From assembly GCA_001771545.1 (NCBI GenBank), contig MEUC01000007.1, positions 8,030 to 72,029 of the forward strand: 64,000 nucleotides of DNA, given 5' to 3'. Of the stretch, positions 1-10,149 are shown piece after piece; within the stretch, counting starts at the first letter, position 1, and every line of letters begins with the position of its first letter. The translations under genes were made by a program, and so were the position numbers. Source of the stretch: a candidate division WOR-1 bacterium RIFOXYB2_FULL_42_35 (GTDB lineage Bacteria; Margulisbacteria; WOR-1; O2-12-FULL-45-9). The notes below the pieces were generated by a model. The model made no database searches and was not told the origin of the DNA. It saw only the letters and a program-made list of their open reading frames with translations.

Positions 1-53
1 ATAGCTATAACTACTAATAGTTCAATCATCGTAAAGCCCTTACGTTTATTCAT
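1..53 (-). CDS. prepilin-type N-terminal cleavage/methylation domain protein (5' end only; gene runs off the window)
   Basis: The reverse strand from ATG at 53 reads MNKRKGFTMIELLVVIAI. This is the G/FTxIELLVVIAI class III signal motif of type IV pilins and T2SS pseudopilins. An AGGGAGGTGA Shine-Dalgarno lies at 61-70. The gene is directly downstream of the PilC/GspF gene on the same strand. Confidence 0.8.
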   Translation of the reverse strand, partial: MNKRKGFTMIELLVVIA

Positions 54-106
54 TATAAATTCACCTCCCTTCAATTATAGGATCTGCAAACTTAAAGAGC
101 AAATTG

Positions 107-1201
107 TTATTCTATTTGCGATAGAATCGACATCATGGGAAGGAACATCGCCACAGCCACGAGTCCTACAACTAGACCAACTATTAACGTCAGTATCGGT
201 TCCAGCAACGAAGTGAAGCGCTTAATCGCCACTTCCCTCTCCTTCTCATAAAATTGCGCAATATTTATCAACATTTGTCCTAACTGACCGGAATTCTCGC
301 CAACAGCAAGCATTTGGATTGCTTCGTTAGGAAAAAGATTATAAGCACGAAGGATGTCGCTCAATCTCTCCCCGTCCTCGATTCGGCTTTTGATCTGAAA
401 CATAATAGTTTGGAAAGCTTTATTACCGGTCGATTCCGACGTGCTTTGTAATGATTGCCTAATCGGAATCCCACCTTCCAACATTGCCCCTAAAGTTCTA
501 AAGGTCTGGATTATCTGCCCGCGCGAATAGAATTTATTTTTCAATAACCAGCTGTCGAAATTTAAACCACCATGTTCAGTTTTGCGATATCTGACAAGTG
601 CTGTACTTGAAACGAAACCAAGCATAATTGGAACATACCAGAAAGCCGCAAAAACATCCCCCATCCCCATAATGATTTTAGAGAACAAAGGGAGCTCTGT
701 GTTTAAATCAGCGAACAATCCCTTAAATCCTGGGAGAACAACAACAAACATTACCCCAATACAGAGCAAACACAAACCGACCACAAAGACCGGATAGACC
801 AAAGCACTTTTCACTTTGTCTTCTGTTTCCGCCCTATTTTCATAATATGTTTGCAAGCGTCCAAGCACCGCTTCAAGATTTCCTGCTTGTTCTGCTGTTT
901 CAATTGAGCTGGTCACCATTGAAGGCAGGATCTCTTTTAAAGCTATCCCCAAAGTCTCCCCATCAGAAATCTTTTGAATCACCTTTTCAAATCCCTTGTT
1001 AGGGAAGAGATTATTAATAATCGTCAAGGCTTCAAAAATTGGGACTCCAGCCACGAGTAGCATCTGGAGTTGGCCACAAAAGCGCGCTGTTTGATTTTTC
1101 GACAGTTGCTGTCCTGATCCTCGTCGGCTCAATATTGTGGAAGTCGCAATTTGCGACTTCAGGAAAGAGCCAATTTTTATTAATCTAACAGGTAAATTCA
1201 T
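107..1201 (-). CDS. pilC: type IV pilus / type II secretion platform protein (GspF/PilC family)
   Basis: Two T2SSF-type repeats are present (LSKNQTARFCGQLQMLLVAGVPIFEAL; FRTLGAMLEGGIPIRQSL; ENSGQLGQML) with hydrophobic TM blocks. A prepilin gene follows on the same strand. The N-terminal about 30 aa contain a copy of the GTCGCAATTTGCGAC palindrome, so the exact start is uncertain. Confidence 0.8.
   Translation of the reverse strand: MNLPVRLIKIGSFLKSQIATSTILSRRGSGQQLSKNQTARFCGQLQMLLVAGVPIFEALTIINNLFPNKGFEKVIQKISDGETLGIALKEILPSMVTSSIETAEQAGNLEAVLGRLQTYYENRAETEDKVKSALVYPVFVVGLCLLCIGVMFVVVLPGFKGLFADLNTELPLFSKIIMGMGDVFAAFWYVPIMLGFVSSTALVRYRKTEHGGLNFDSWLLKNKFYSRGQIIQTFRTLGAMLEGGIPIRQSLQSTSESTGNKAFQTIMFQIKSRIEDGERLSDILRAYNLFPNEAIQMLAVGENSGQLGQMLINIAQFYEKEREVAIKRFTSLLEPILTLIVGLVVGLVAVAMFLPMMSILSQIE
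1141..1159. repeat. palindrome copy 1 (AAGTCGCAATTTGCGACTT)
   Basis: Arms GTCGCAA/TTGCGAC flank one central T. The copy lies inside the pilC ORF and encodes SQIATS. Confidence 0.85.
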
Positions 1202-1213
1202 GTTTTAATATCT

Positions 1214-1230
1214 GGTCGCAATTTGCGACC
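1214..1230. repeat. palindrome copy 2 (GGTCGCAATTTGCGACC)
   Basis: Same core as at 1141 and 1571. It sits in the 42-nt gap between the ORF6N stop and the pilC start. As RNA it would form a 6-bp stem with a 5-nt loop. Confidence 0.85.
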
Positions 1231-1243
1231 ACCTCTAGCTATA

Positions 1244-1795
1244 CTATTCAGGCAACTTAAAAACCATTTTTTGAAGCAAAATAATCATTTCCTTTACAAC
1301 CCCCTTAACCTTGGTAATTTCTTTTGTTTTGATATTATCCTTCTGAAAAAGGTGCATTATTGCTCTTGAATGCGTTGAAAGTCTGGCCAAGACGTCCGGA
1401 CTTTTTCCAACTTTTATCTTTTTTTTACTCATAATCTCTTCCAAAATGGAAAAGGCCCTCATAATCTGGATTGATCTTGCAACTGCAATAGAACTATTTA
1501 AAATAGCCGAAAGCATATTTGCCCCATTACGTGTAAAGGCATAAGGAAGATAACGACGACCCCCTCGCTTTGAGGTCGCAATTTGCGACCTCAAAAAAGC
1601 AAACTCATTTTCAGTCAACTGAAACATAAAATCATCAGGGAATCTTTCCTTGTTTCTCTTAACCTGCTCAAGCAACCTTTTTGTAGAAACCCCATACAAC
1701 TTAGCCAAATCCCTATCTAACATCACCCTCCGTCCCCTTAACTCAATAATCAATGTTTGTATTTCTGATATCCCAAGCAAATTATTCTTCGACAT
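1244..1795 (-). CDS. ORF6N (KilA-N-like) DNA-binding domain protein, phage/plasmid-associated family
   Basis: Contains RVMLDRDLAKLYGVSTKRLLEQVKRNKERFPDDFMFQLT and LRSQIATSKRGGRRYLPYAFTRNGANMLS, typical of ORF6N domains. I prefer ATG 1795 (GGAGAG 8 nt upstream) over the track start 1843. Confidence 0.7.
   Translation of the reverse strand: MSKNNLLGISEIQTLIIELRGRRVMLDRDLAKLYGVSTKRLLEQVKRNKERFPDDFMFQLTENEFAFLRSQIATSKRGGRRYLPYAFTRNGANMLSAILNSSIAVARSIQIMRAFSILEEIMSKKKIKVGKSPDVLARLSTHSRAIMHLFQKDNIKTKEITKVKGVVKEMIILLQKMVFKLPE
1571..1593. repeat. palindrome copy 3 (TGAGGTCGCAATTTGCGACCTCA, 11-bp arms)
   Basis: This is the longest copy. It lies inside the ORF6N gene and again encodes SQIATS. Confidence 0.85.
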
Positions 1796-1821
1796 AACAC
1801 TCTCTCCTTTTCTACAATTCG

Positions 1822-1857
1822 CCACTGTCCGATTTTTCGTCACAACTGACCGATATT
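1822..1857 (-). promoter_or_regulatory. two direct repeats upstream of the ORF6N gene (candidate operator)
   Basis: CCACTGTCCGATTTT (1822-1836) and CAACTGACCGATATT (1843-1857) match at about 12/15 positions. They start 21 nt apart, just upstream of ATG 1795. Confidence 0.3.
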
Positions 1858-1986
1858 TCGACAGTTACCAAACCAGCAAAACAGCTTATTTACGACGATA
1901 AGTCTTGCGGTCATTATGTCTTGCAGTCTGGCAGCCATACAACCAGTAGCAAGGTTATTACCAGGTATCGAGAGAACGAAAGAGGA

Positions 1987-3555
1987 TTATGATTTCTGTA
2001 TTCTCGGAAACAGCGGCTCGCCCTTGGCGACTTTGACACCATCAATCGAAGCCTCAAGTGAGGGTTTTCCAGACAAGTTTAGTTGCTGCCACATTTTTCG
2101 AGAGGTTTCCGGCATAAATGGATTAACAAAGAAAGCAACTCTTTTTAACACATCAACTAAATTATACATCACAGCCGCCAGTTGGTCTTTTTTATTCTCA
2201 TCTTTAGCTAATTTCCAAGGGGCTTCTTGCTCAATGTATTTATTAGCCTGAGTTATAAGCTCCCAAATCTCATCCAAAGCTTTAGATACATACACAGTTT
2301 TCATTTCCAGACTAACACTATTAAAAACATCCTTAATCTTATCAGTAAGAGTTCTGCTCAAATCATCAAAATTACGTCTTTTATCACATTCAGGAGCGGG
2401 AAACAAATTAGGAACAATCCCTTCAAAATACTTATCAACCATGGTCAAGGTTCGACTCAGGAGGTTTCCTAAATCATTGGCTAAATCTGCGTTATATCTA
2501 TTTACAAACGACTGCATGGAGAAATTCCCGTCGTCGCCAAACTTAACTTCTCGCATTAAAAAATAGCGCACAGCATCAACTCCATATTGATCAGCTAAGG
2601 CAATTGGATCAACAACATTACCTTTAGACTTACTCATCTTTTTCCCTTCCACTGTCCACCAACCATGCCCAAAGATCTTCTTGGGCAAATCAAGCCCTAA
2701 AGCCATCAGAATGCAGGACCAAATCACTGCGTGGAAACGGACAATTTCTTTGCCCATAATGTGAACGTCTGCCGGCCAGTATTTTTTAAACTTTTCGCCA
2801 TCCGGCCAACCGAGCGCAGAAATATAATTAATTAAAGCGTCAAACCAGACATAAACAACATGTTTTGAGTCTTCTTTGATCGGAACTCCCCAGGGGAAAG
2901 TTGTTCTAGTAATAGAAAGATCCTTTAAACCCTGCTTAATAAAGTTTAAGGCTTCGTTTTGTCGAGATTTTGGGCAAACAAAATTTGGATTAGCCTCAAA
3001 ATGTTTTTCTAACCGATCTTGATACTTAGAAAGCTTAAAAAAATAGGTCTCTTCTTTAACAATTTCAACTTTACGCCCACAATCTGGACAAAGTTTTTCT
3101 CCCTTCTCCCCTTCCTTCAACTCTGTCTCATTCCAAAACGATTCACAAGGCACACAATACCAACCCTCATAGTCCCCTTTGTAAATATCCCCCTGTTCGA
3201 GAAGTCTTGAAAAGACAGCCTGGACAACTCTTTTGTGTCTTTCTTCTGTAGTACGAATAAAGTCATCATTGGAAATATTCAGTCTCAGCCAGGCAGTCTT
3301 AAAACCGCCAGCCATACGGTCAACAAATTCCTGTGGTTTCTTACCATGTTCCTCAGCTGCCTGCCAGATTTTTTGCCCATGCTCGTCTGTTCCAGTTAGA
3401 AAAAAAACTTCACAAGCCTTCTTCCCTCCTGGAAGTTCCTGCCTGCGATAATAACGAGCCAAAACATCAGCCGCCACAGTAGTATAGGCATGGCCAATAT
3501 GCGGCACATCATTAACATAGTATAGGGGGGTGGTTAGATAGAATTTATTAGTCAT
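1987..3555 (-). CDS. metG: methionyl-tRNA synthetase (short form, no C-terminal Trbp111 domain)
   Basis: Has the class I motifs HIGH (PHIGHAYT) and KMSKS (KMSKSKGN). A zinc knuckle reads CVPCES...CPDCG. Confidence 0.95.
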   Translation of the reverse strand: MTNKFYLTTPLYYVNDVPHIGHAYTTVAADVLARYYRRQELPGGKKACEVFFLTGTDEHGQKIWQAAEEHGKKPQEFVDRMAGGFKTAWLRLNISNDDFIRTTEERHKRVVQAVFSRLLEQGDIYKGDYEGWYCVPCESFWNETELKEGEKGEKLCPDCGRKVEIVKEETYFFKLSKYQDRLEKHFEANPNFVCPKSRQNEALNFIKQGLKDLSITRTTFPWGVPIKEDSKHVVYVWFDALINYISALGWPDGEKFKKYWPADVHIMGKEIVRFHAVIWSCILMALGLDLPKKIFGHGWWTVEGKKMSKSKGNVVDPIALADQYGVDAVRYFLMREVKFGDDGNFSMQSFVNRYNADLANDLGNLLSRTLTMVDKYFEGIVPNLFPAPECDKRRNFDDLSRTLTDKIKDVFNSVSLEMKTVYVSKALDEIWELITQANKYIEQEAPWKLAKDENKKDQLAAVMYNLVDVLKRVAFFVNPFMPETSRKMWQQLNLSGKPSLEASIDGVKVAKGEPLFPRIQKS

Positions 3556-3562
3556 ACAATCA

Positions 3563-4672
3563 TTATATCACCGGGAACAAGATCCTAAAATGGCTGATAT
3601 TTTTTAAGGCTGTGCTCGTCCAATCGGGCAGCCTTCTTCGTAAATAATAGTTTTTAATCTCATAAATCGGCATGGCTTGCCATCTGTCTTGACCATCATA
3701 TTTGACTTCGACCAGAAACCTGCTCCACAAGCGATCTTGCCAGTCTTCTTCCAAAAGATTACTGGCCAAATAAGCCGGCTGAATAAACCCCTGAAAAAAT
3801 GGCGCTGTTCCCTCCAGCGAAGGACCGGAATAATCAAGGGGACCAATAATCATCCACTGGCTAGCCCCTAAAACATATTCTAGTTCCGAAGCGTGAAAGG
3901 CAGGAATAATCTGAAACCCACCGATCGATCCTTTAGGGGAGACAGAGACATCTATCACCCCCGCATGATTGGCCCGTATCCGACCAGGTCCGGCATAACG
4001 ACTCCCAAGAAACCTGCCCACACCTGAGACAGGTTGAACAACTTTAGCAATCGTCTCTTTTTGCCCGGAGAAATACTTAACGGTAACCTGACCATCAACC
4101 CTGTTCTCAAAAACTATTTCTTGCGGGTATTTAACTGGTTTTGTCACATAAATAAAGATTGTATCGCCAACTTGTGGGACATAGTTTTCATCAACATCTC
4201 CAGCCTGGTCCGAACGAAAAAACTTAACCTGATTACCAACAAAAGGAGCAAATCCACCACCAAAAATACCAGTGCCGGCAGAAATATTTGTATAGATAGA
4301 AGAGTCTGGACTAAAATATGATTTATAATTCTTAACACCCCAGGAGAACTCTTTGGGTAGCAGGGAAAAAATAGCCTGGCTCTCATTAATCTGGCCGACT
4401 TTTAAATGAATCGCGTTAACCGCCGAGGCCGCCACCTGGCCGGAGTTTACCCACTTGGCAGCTGCATAGCCATGTTCATCAATCTTTCGCGCGGGAGCGA
4501 TAACCTTCCCAAGTTGCTGCCAGTTCTGGCCTTGATTATGACTAACCGCAATGCCCCCACCAGCTTGATTTTCAAGGCGAAGACGGTAGATTTCCTGCTG
4601 ATTTGTCGAGGACAAACAAGGCAACTGACAGACAATCAACAATAAAAAACAGCAGTAGAACAGTCTCTTCAT
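3563..4672 (-). CDS. secreted hypothetical protein
   Basis: Signal peptide MKRLFYCCFLLLIVCQLPCLSS. I recognise no family. Its start overlaps the pepA stop by 4 nt, and it ends 8 nt before metG. Confidence 0.5.
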   Translation of the reverse strand: MKRLFYCCFLLLIVCQLPCLSSTNQQEIYRLRLENQAGGGIAVSHNQGQNWQQLGKVIAPARKIDEHGYAAAKWVNSGQVAASAVNAIHLKVGQINESQAIFSLLPKEFSWGVKNYKSYFSPDSSIYTNISAGTGIFGGGFAPFVGNQVKFFRSDQAGDVDENYVPQVGDTIFIYVTKPVKYPQEIVFENRVDGQVTVKYFSGQKETIAKVVQPVSGVGRFLGSRYAGPGRIRANHAGVIDVSVSPKGSIGGFQIIPAFHASELEYVLGASQWMIIGPLDYSGPSLEGTAPFFQGFIQPAYLASNLLEEDWQDRLWSRFLVEVKYDGQDRWQAMPIYEIKNYYLRRRLPDWTSTALKNISHFRILFPVI

Positions 4673-6147
4673 TGCATCAGATAAGAAGTCAACGTTCGCA
4701 CCATCACGCCAGTTGCGCCTGTAGACAAATAACCACGCCCCTTACCAAGGTAAGCAGTACCAGCTATATCAATGTGAGCCCAACTGGTATCTTCAACAAA
4801 AAGCTTTAAAAACAACCCACCGATTGAAGGGCCGGCCATCCCCTGCTCTGTACAATTTTTAACATCGGCTATTTCACTCTTGGAATAGTCTTTATACTCT
4901 TCCAACAAAGGGAGTTGCCAGAGCTTCTCCCCTGCTGTCTTTCCTGCCGCGATCAACTCATTAACCAGCATCTGGCTGTTACCCATAATTCCAGAAGCCG
5001 CATCACCCAAAGCAGAAACACAGGCCCCGGTTAAGGTGGCCACGTCGATAATCTTTTTAACCCCCATCTTTTTGGCATAAGTAATTGCATCAGCCATGAC
5101 CATTCTACCTTCAGCATCTGTAGAAATAATCTCAATCGTTTTCCCGGAAAGAGAAGAAATCACATCGCCTGGCTTTTGCGCTTCACCGTCAGGCATATTT
5201 TCACAACAAGGTAAGATACCAACTATGTTTTTGCGAATTTTAAGATGGGAGATCAAGCGCATCGTCTCAAGCACAGCTGCAGCACCGGACATATCTGTTT
5301 TCATTTCCCATAATTTTCTAGATGGCTTGAGAGAAATCCCGCCAGCATCAAAGGTAACACCCTTACCAACCAAAGCAATCTCTGGCTTGCCTTGACCATA
5401 TTGCATCACAATAAACTTGGCCGGCTCTTTTGAACCCTTGGCCACAGAAGTATAAGAATGCATGCCAATTTTATTGGCTTCATTTAAACCAAAAACCTTA
5501 ACCTTGATCCCGGCAATCTTGGCGGCTCGGGCAGCCAAAAATGTTGGGGTTATTTTGTTGGCCGGGCCATTAACCAAATCACGGGCATTGTTGACTGATT
5601 CGCCAATAAGTCGCCCCAGCCTGACGCCCGCTTCAATTGATTTAACCTTGGCTTTTTGTAATTCAACCAGGGTAACACTCTCAACTTTAAAATAAGAATC
5701 ATCCTTAACCTTGGCAAAGCCATCGTACTTGTAAGAACCAATTAGTATTCCTTCAACCAAGGCTTGGGCAGCGTTAGGCAACGTAATACCACCTGCCCCT
5801 GCTCCATGAACAATTGTGGCAACATTTTTAGCCTTAATCTTTTTAGCTTCTGCCATTGCCGCTGAAGCAACAATGCGAATCTTATCAACCTCAAATTCTG
5901 AGCTCTTCCCCAAACCGACCACTAAAACTTGGGTAGCAGGTAATTTGCCTTGAGTGTGAATAACATTAACCTCTGCCAATTTGCCGGTAATCTCGCCGCT
6001 CTTAATCAATCTAACAATTGAACCATTTAGCTTTTTGTCGATAACCGCGGTTGCCCCACCAGGGACTTTTAATCCCTCAAAAATATTAACAACCAAAAGA
6101 TCACATTTGACATCGGTAATTGAAGCAGCTTTGACATCGATTTTCAT
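4669..6147 (-). CDS. pepA: leucyl aminopeptidase (M17)
   Basis: Contains VGKGVTFDAGGISLKP and the NTDAEGR-type motif STDAEGRMVMADAITYA. Confidence 0.9.
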   Translation of the reverse strand: MKIDVKAASITDVKCDLLVVNIFEGLKVPGGATAVIDKKLNGSIVRLIKSGEITGKLAEVNVIHTQGKLPATQVLVVGLGKSSEFEVDKIRIVASAAMAEAKKIKAKNVATIVHGAGAGGITLPNAAQALVEGILIGSYKYDGFAKVKDDSYFKVESVTLVELQKAKVKSIEAGVRLGRLIGESVNNARDLVNGPANKITPTFLAARAAKIAGIKVKVFGLNEANKIGMHSYTSVAKGSKEPAKFIVMQYGQGKPEIALVGKGVTFDAGGISLKPSRKLWEMKTDMSGAAAVLETMRLISHLKIRKNIVGILPCCENMPDGEAQKPGDVISSLSGKTIEIISTDAEGRMVMADAITYAKKMGVKKIIDVATLTGACVSALGDAASGIMGNSQMLVNELIAAGKTAGEKLWQLPLLEEYKDYSKSEIADVKNCTEQGMAGPSIGGLFLKLFVEDTSWAHIDIAGTAYLGKGRGYLSTGATGVMVRTLTSYLMQ

Positions 6148-6198
6148 CTAACTCCTCCTTGTCCGCCTAGTACCGCCTCTTAGGCGGTGTATCTTGAT

Positions 6199-6224
6199 AA
6201 AAAGTAGAGCCTAAGAGGCTCTAC
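6199..6224 (-). terminator. intrinsic terminator after ndk
   Basis: The minus strand reads GTAGAGCC-TCTTA-GGCTCTAC followed by TTTTTAT, 7 nt after the ndk stop. Confidence 0.6.
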
Positions 6225-6230
6225 TACGCG

Positions 6231-6653
6231 TTAGCTAAAATATATCCCTAATTCTCTTCGCGCTGATTCCTGACTATCTGAGCCATGGACCAGATTTTTA
6301 ATTGTCCCTTCAGGGGTCCTGACATTTTCTTCCCTAAGATCACCACGAATAGTGCCCGGCTCGGCTTCTAGCGGATTAGTCTCCCCCATTAGGTCTCTCA
6401 ACTTATCGATGGCCTTATCCCCTTGGACTTCACAGGCAAGGACAGAACCGGAAGTGATAAATTTAAGCAGACCGGGAAAGAAGGGTTTGTCTTTATGGAC
6501 AGCATAATGTTCTGTAGCTTGTTCTATGGTTAACTGGAGCTTCTTTCTAGCAACAATTTTTAAACCGGCTTGAGAAACACGTTTCAATATTTCATCTTCC
6601 AAACCACGAGCCACACCATCAGGCTTTATCATGAGCAAGGTTTTTTCGAGCAC
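6231..6653 (-). CDS. ndk: nucleoside diphosphate kinase
   Basis: Contains MLEKTLLMIKPDGV and the NLVHGSDS active-site His motif. The start overlaps the argH 3' end by 35 nt. Confidence 0.93.
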   Translation of the reverse strand: MLEKTLLMIKPDGVARGLEDEILKRVSQAGLKIVARKKLQLTIEQATEHYAVHKDKPFFPGLLKFITSGSVLACEVQGDKAIDKLRDLMGETNPLEAEPGTIRGDLREENVRTPEGTIKNLVHGSDSQESARRELGIYFS

Positions 6654-8034
6654 GCTTGATGGCCTCCTTAACTTTCTTGGGTGCGGTCCCGCCAGTTACA
6701 TCCTTGTTGGCAATGGAGCTCTCGGTTGACAAGATGCGGGTAACATCATAAGTAAAATGGGGAGAGAATTGTTTTAACTGTTTCAACGACAGATATTCGA
6801 TCTGCATGTTGGAATCTTCACAATAGGCTACTACCTCACCGACAATCTCATGAGCCTCACGGAAAGGGACTCCCCGTCGAACCAAGTAATAAGCCAAATC
6901 AGTGGAAGTTAGGAAGCCCTTTTTAGCTGAGCGGCTCATTAACTCCCCGTTAACTTCAATGGTAGCCAGCATTTCCGCAAAAATCTCCAGGACCGATTTA
7001 ATTGTGTCGGTAGTGTCAAAAAGTCCTTCTTTATCTTCCTGTAAATCACGGTTATAGGTCATGGGCAAGCCCTTCATTACGGTTAACATTGCCATTAGAT
7101 GACCATAGACCCGGCCGGTTTTACCGCGGATCAACTCGGCGATATCAGGGTTTTTCTTTTGAGGCATAATTGAGGAACCGGTTGAATACTTATCGGAAAG
7201 CCGATAAAAATCAAATTCAAAGGTCGACCAGATAATTATCTCTTCACAGAATCTGGATAAATGCATCATCAAAACCGAACTGGCTTGCAAGAAATCGAGC
7301 AGAAAATCCCGATCAGAAACAGCATCCATGCTATTTCGACTCACTTTACTAAAACCTAATTCTTTAGCGAGCATTTCTCTGTCAATGTTGAAATTAGTTC
7401 CGGCTAAGGCACCTGAACCTAAAACTAAAACATCGGCCCCTTCCCCAACCTTGAGGAACCTTATTTTGTCGCGCTCCAGCATTTCATAATAAGCCATTAG
7501 ATGATGGGAAAGAAGAACCGGTTGGGCTCGCTGCATGTGGGTATAACCGGGCACAATAACCTTAATATTAGCTTCGGCTAAATCGAGCAGAATTGTTTGC
7601 ACTTTTCTGATCAACATAACTGCCTCGGTAACTTCATATTTAACATACATGCGCAAATCCGTAGCAACTTGATCGTTACGGGAACGGCCTGAATGCAACT
7701 TTTTGCCCATGCTGCCGACTTTTTCAATCAAGAGCGCCTCAATATTCATATGCAAATCTTCCAGCTCTGGCCTAAGGTTGATTTTGCCCTTTTCAATTCC
7801 TTTTAAAATATCTTCCAAGGCCTTAACAATTTTTTTATATTCCGCTTCACTTAATATTTGCACCTTAAACAAAGCTTTAGCATAAGCAACACTCTGCACA
7901 ATATCTTGTTTGTAAAGCCTGACATCGTAATGAATAGAGCTGGAAAACTTTTCCGCAGAAGCAGCCATGGAATCACGAAACCTGCCTGCCCAGGCTTTTT
8001 TTATCTTACCGTCTTGCTCTGTCTTCTTCGCCAT
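6619..8034 (-). CDS. argH: argininosuccinate lyase
   Basis: Fumarate-lyase signature GSSIMPQKKNPD. N-terminal WAGRF motif. Confidence 0.95.
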   Translation of the reverse strand: MAKKTEQDGKIKKAWAGRFRDSMAASAEKFSSSIHYDVRLYKQDIVQSVAYAKALFKVQILSEAEYKKIVKALEDILKGIEKGKINLRPELEDLHMNIEALLIEKVGSMGKKLHSGRSRNDQVATDLRMYVKYEVTEAVMLIRKVQTILLDLAEANIKVIVPGYTHMQRAQPVLLSHHLMAYYEMLERDKIRFLKVGEGADVLVLGSGALAGTNFNIDREMLAKELGFSKVSRNSMDAVSDRDFLLDFLQASSVLMMHLSRFCEEIIIWSTFEFDFYRLSDKYSTGSSIMPQKKNPDIAELIRGKTGRVYGHLMAMLTVMKGLPMTYNRDLQEDKEGLFDTTDTIKSVLEIFAEMLATIEVNGELMSRSAKKGFLTSTDLAYYLVRRGVPFREAHEIVGEVVAYCEDSNMQIEYLSLKQLKQFSPHFTYDVTRILSTESSIANKDVTGGTAPKKVKEAIKRARKNLAHDKA

Positions 8035-8035
8035 T

Positions 8036-9235
8036 CTATTTCCCCCTTAGTTTTGCTTCAACTTTAATTGGTAAGCCAAAGAGATTAATAAAGCCTTCGG
8101 CATCCTTTTGATTGTAAACTTCTTCCTTCTCAAAACTGGCTAATTTAGGCTCATATAATGATTTTGTTGATTTGCGGCCAACTATAGTACAATTGCCTTT
8201 ATATAGCTTGAGACGAATAACTCCGCTAACATTTTTCTGGGTTTCGTTAATAAAGGCGTCCAGAGATCTTTTTAAAGGAGTAAACCATTGGCCATTGTAA
8301 ACCAGTTGCGCATAACGTTGAGCAATCAATTGTTTATAGTGCAGTGTTTCTCTGTCAAGTGTGATTGTTTCTAACGCTTGGTGGGCTTTGTAAAGAATAG
8401 TACCACCCGGTGTTTCATAGACTCCTCGAGATTTAATCCCAACCAAACGATTTTCCACAATATCGGTACGGCCAATGCCATTTTTACCGCCAATTTTATT
8501 CAAAGTTTTAATTAGTTTTACCGGCTTTAGCGGCTTGCCATTAATTTTTTTCGGTTCTCCACTCTCAAAACCAATCTCAACATATTCGGCTTTATTCGGA
8601 GCTTTTTCTGGTGAGTTGCTTAGGATAAACATCTCTTCTTTTGGCTCAAACCAGGGATCTTCCAGGATGCCCCCTTCATAACTGATATGCCAAAGGTTGC
8701 GGTCAGAAGAATATGGTTTTGACTTGGAAACCGGCACAGGAATACCACGTTTTTTGGCGTAATCGATTAATTCTTCACGGCCTTTGAAGGACCAATCACG
8801 CCAAGGAGCAATAATTTTGATATCAGGGGCTAAAGCTTTATAAGTTAACTCAAAACGGACCTGATCATTACCCTTACCAGTCGCTCCGTGACCAACAGCA
8901 TCAGCCTTTTCTTTCTTGGCAATTTCGATCTGCTTTTTAGCAATTAGAGGACGAGCAATTGAGGTCCCTAAAAGATACTGGCCTTCATAAACTGCGCCCG
9001 ATTTGAGCATGGGCCAGAGAAAATCCTGAGCAAATTCTTCTTGTAAGTCAGAGATATAGATTTTGGAGGCCCCGGTTTTTAAAGCCTTGGCTTTTAATCC
9101 GGTTAATTCTTCTTCTTGCCCTAGATCAGCGGCAAAAGCCACCACTTCACAACCATAGGTCTCTTTGATCCACGATAACATTACGGAAGTATCGAGACCT
9201 CCGGAATAAGCTAGAACAACTTTATTTACCATCAT
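8036..9235 (-). CDS. argG: argininosuccinate synthase
   Basis: Contains AYSGGLDTS and [13 protein letters not shown]. Confidence 0.95.
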   Translation of the reverse strand: MMVNKVVLAYSGGLDTSVMLSWIKETYGCEVVAFAADLGQEEELTGLKAKALKTGASKIYISDLQEEFAQDFLWPMLKSGAVYEGQYLLGTSIARPLIAKKQIEIAKKEKADAVGHGATGKGNDQVRFELTYKALAPDIKIIAPWRDWSFKGREELIDYAKKRGIPVPVSKSKPYSSDRNLWHISYEGGILEDPWFEPKEEMFILSNSPEKAPNKAEYVEIGFESGEPKKINGKPLKPVKLIKTLNKIGGKNGIGRTDIVENRLVGIKSRGVYETPGGTILYKAHQALETITLDRETLHYKQLIAQRYAQLVYNGQWFTPLKRSLDAFINETQKNVSGVIRLKLYKGNCTIVGRKSTKSLYEPKLASFEKEEVYNQKDAEGFINLFGLPIKVEAKLRGK

Positions 9236-10149
9236 TTCCCTCCTAAGAGTAATGCTAATATCGCTTTTTGAACATGCAAACGATTCTCGGCTTGGTCAAA
9301 GACCACGGAATTTGACCCGTCAATAACTTCACCGGTAATTTCCAGACCACGATGGGCTGGCAGGCAATGCATCACAATTACATCCTTCTTGGCTAAGCCA
9401 ACAAGTTGGCTATTAACCTGAAAATTGGCAAAAGCTGCCTTACGCGCCTTGGTTTCGGTCTCCTGCCCCATTGAGGCCCAGACATCGGTGTAGATTACAT
9501 CCGCATCTTTCGCGGCTATGACCGGATCATTGAGAATATCAATTTCAACCCCCGAAGCTTTGCCGTCATCAAGCGCTTGTTTTACAATCATAGCTTTTGG
9601 CTCATAGCGTCGTGGAGTAGCAATGGTTAAATTCATGCCAACCTTAGCTGCGGCTAGCATCAAAGAGTGACAAACATTGTTGCCATCACCAATATAAGCA
9701 AATTTTACTTGTTTAAGATCATTTTTTTTCTCTTTAACGGTAAAAATATCCGTTAAAGCCTGGCAAGGATGAAGCAGATCTGACAAGCCATTGATAACCG
9801 GCACAGAAGCATATTTGGCAAATTCGACAATATCATCGTGGCGATAGGTGCGCAGCATTACCCCATCCACATAGCGAGACAAGGTCCCTGCTACGTCGGC
9901 AATAGATTCACGCTGGCCAAGTTGAACTGCGTTAGGTGACAAATGGACAGTATTGCCACCTAATTGATACATGCCAACTTCAAAGGAGACACGGGTGCGG
10001 GTAGAAGGCTTTTCAAAGACCATGGCCAAGCTTTTTCCGGCTAGCAGTGGTTTATGATCCGAAGCTTTAAGGGAGGCGGCCAAGGCAAAAATTTCGTTAA
10101 TTTCTTCAATGGACAGGTCATGGATAGAGATCAGATCTTTAGTCGTCAT
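9232..10149 (-). CDS. argF: ornithine carbamoyltransferase
   Basis: Contains STRTR, HPCQ and HCLPAHRG motifs. Confidence 0.92.
   Translation of the reverse strand: MTTKDLISIHDLSIEEINEIFALAASLKASDHKPLLAGKSLAMVFEKPSTRTRVSFEVGMYQLGGNTVHLSPNAVQLGQRESIADVAGTLSRYVDGVMLRTYRHDDIVEFAKYASVPVINGLSDLLHPCQALTDIFTVKEKKNDLKQVKFAYIGDGNNVCHSLMLAAAKVGMNLTIATPRRYEPKAMIVKQALDDGKASGVEIDILNDPVIAAKDADVIYTDVWASMGQETETKARKAAFANFQVNSQLVGLAKKDVIVMHCLPAHRGLEITGEVIDGSNSVVFDQAENRLHVQKAILALLLGGK

Noticed and set aside
6619-6653. The 35-nt argH/ndk overlap as a sign of frameshift or misassembly
   Set aside because: Both proteins are full length with intact N- and C-terminal family motifs (ndk starts MLEKTLLMIKPDGV). The overlap is unusual but consistent with real coupled genes.
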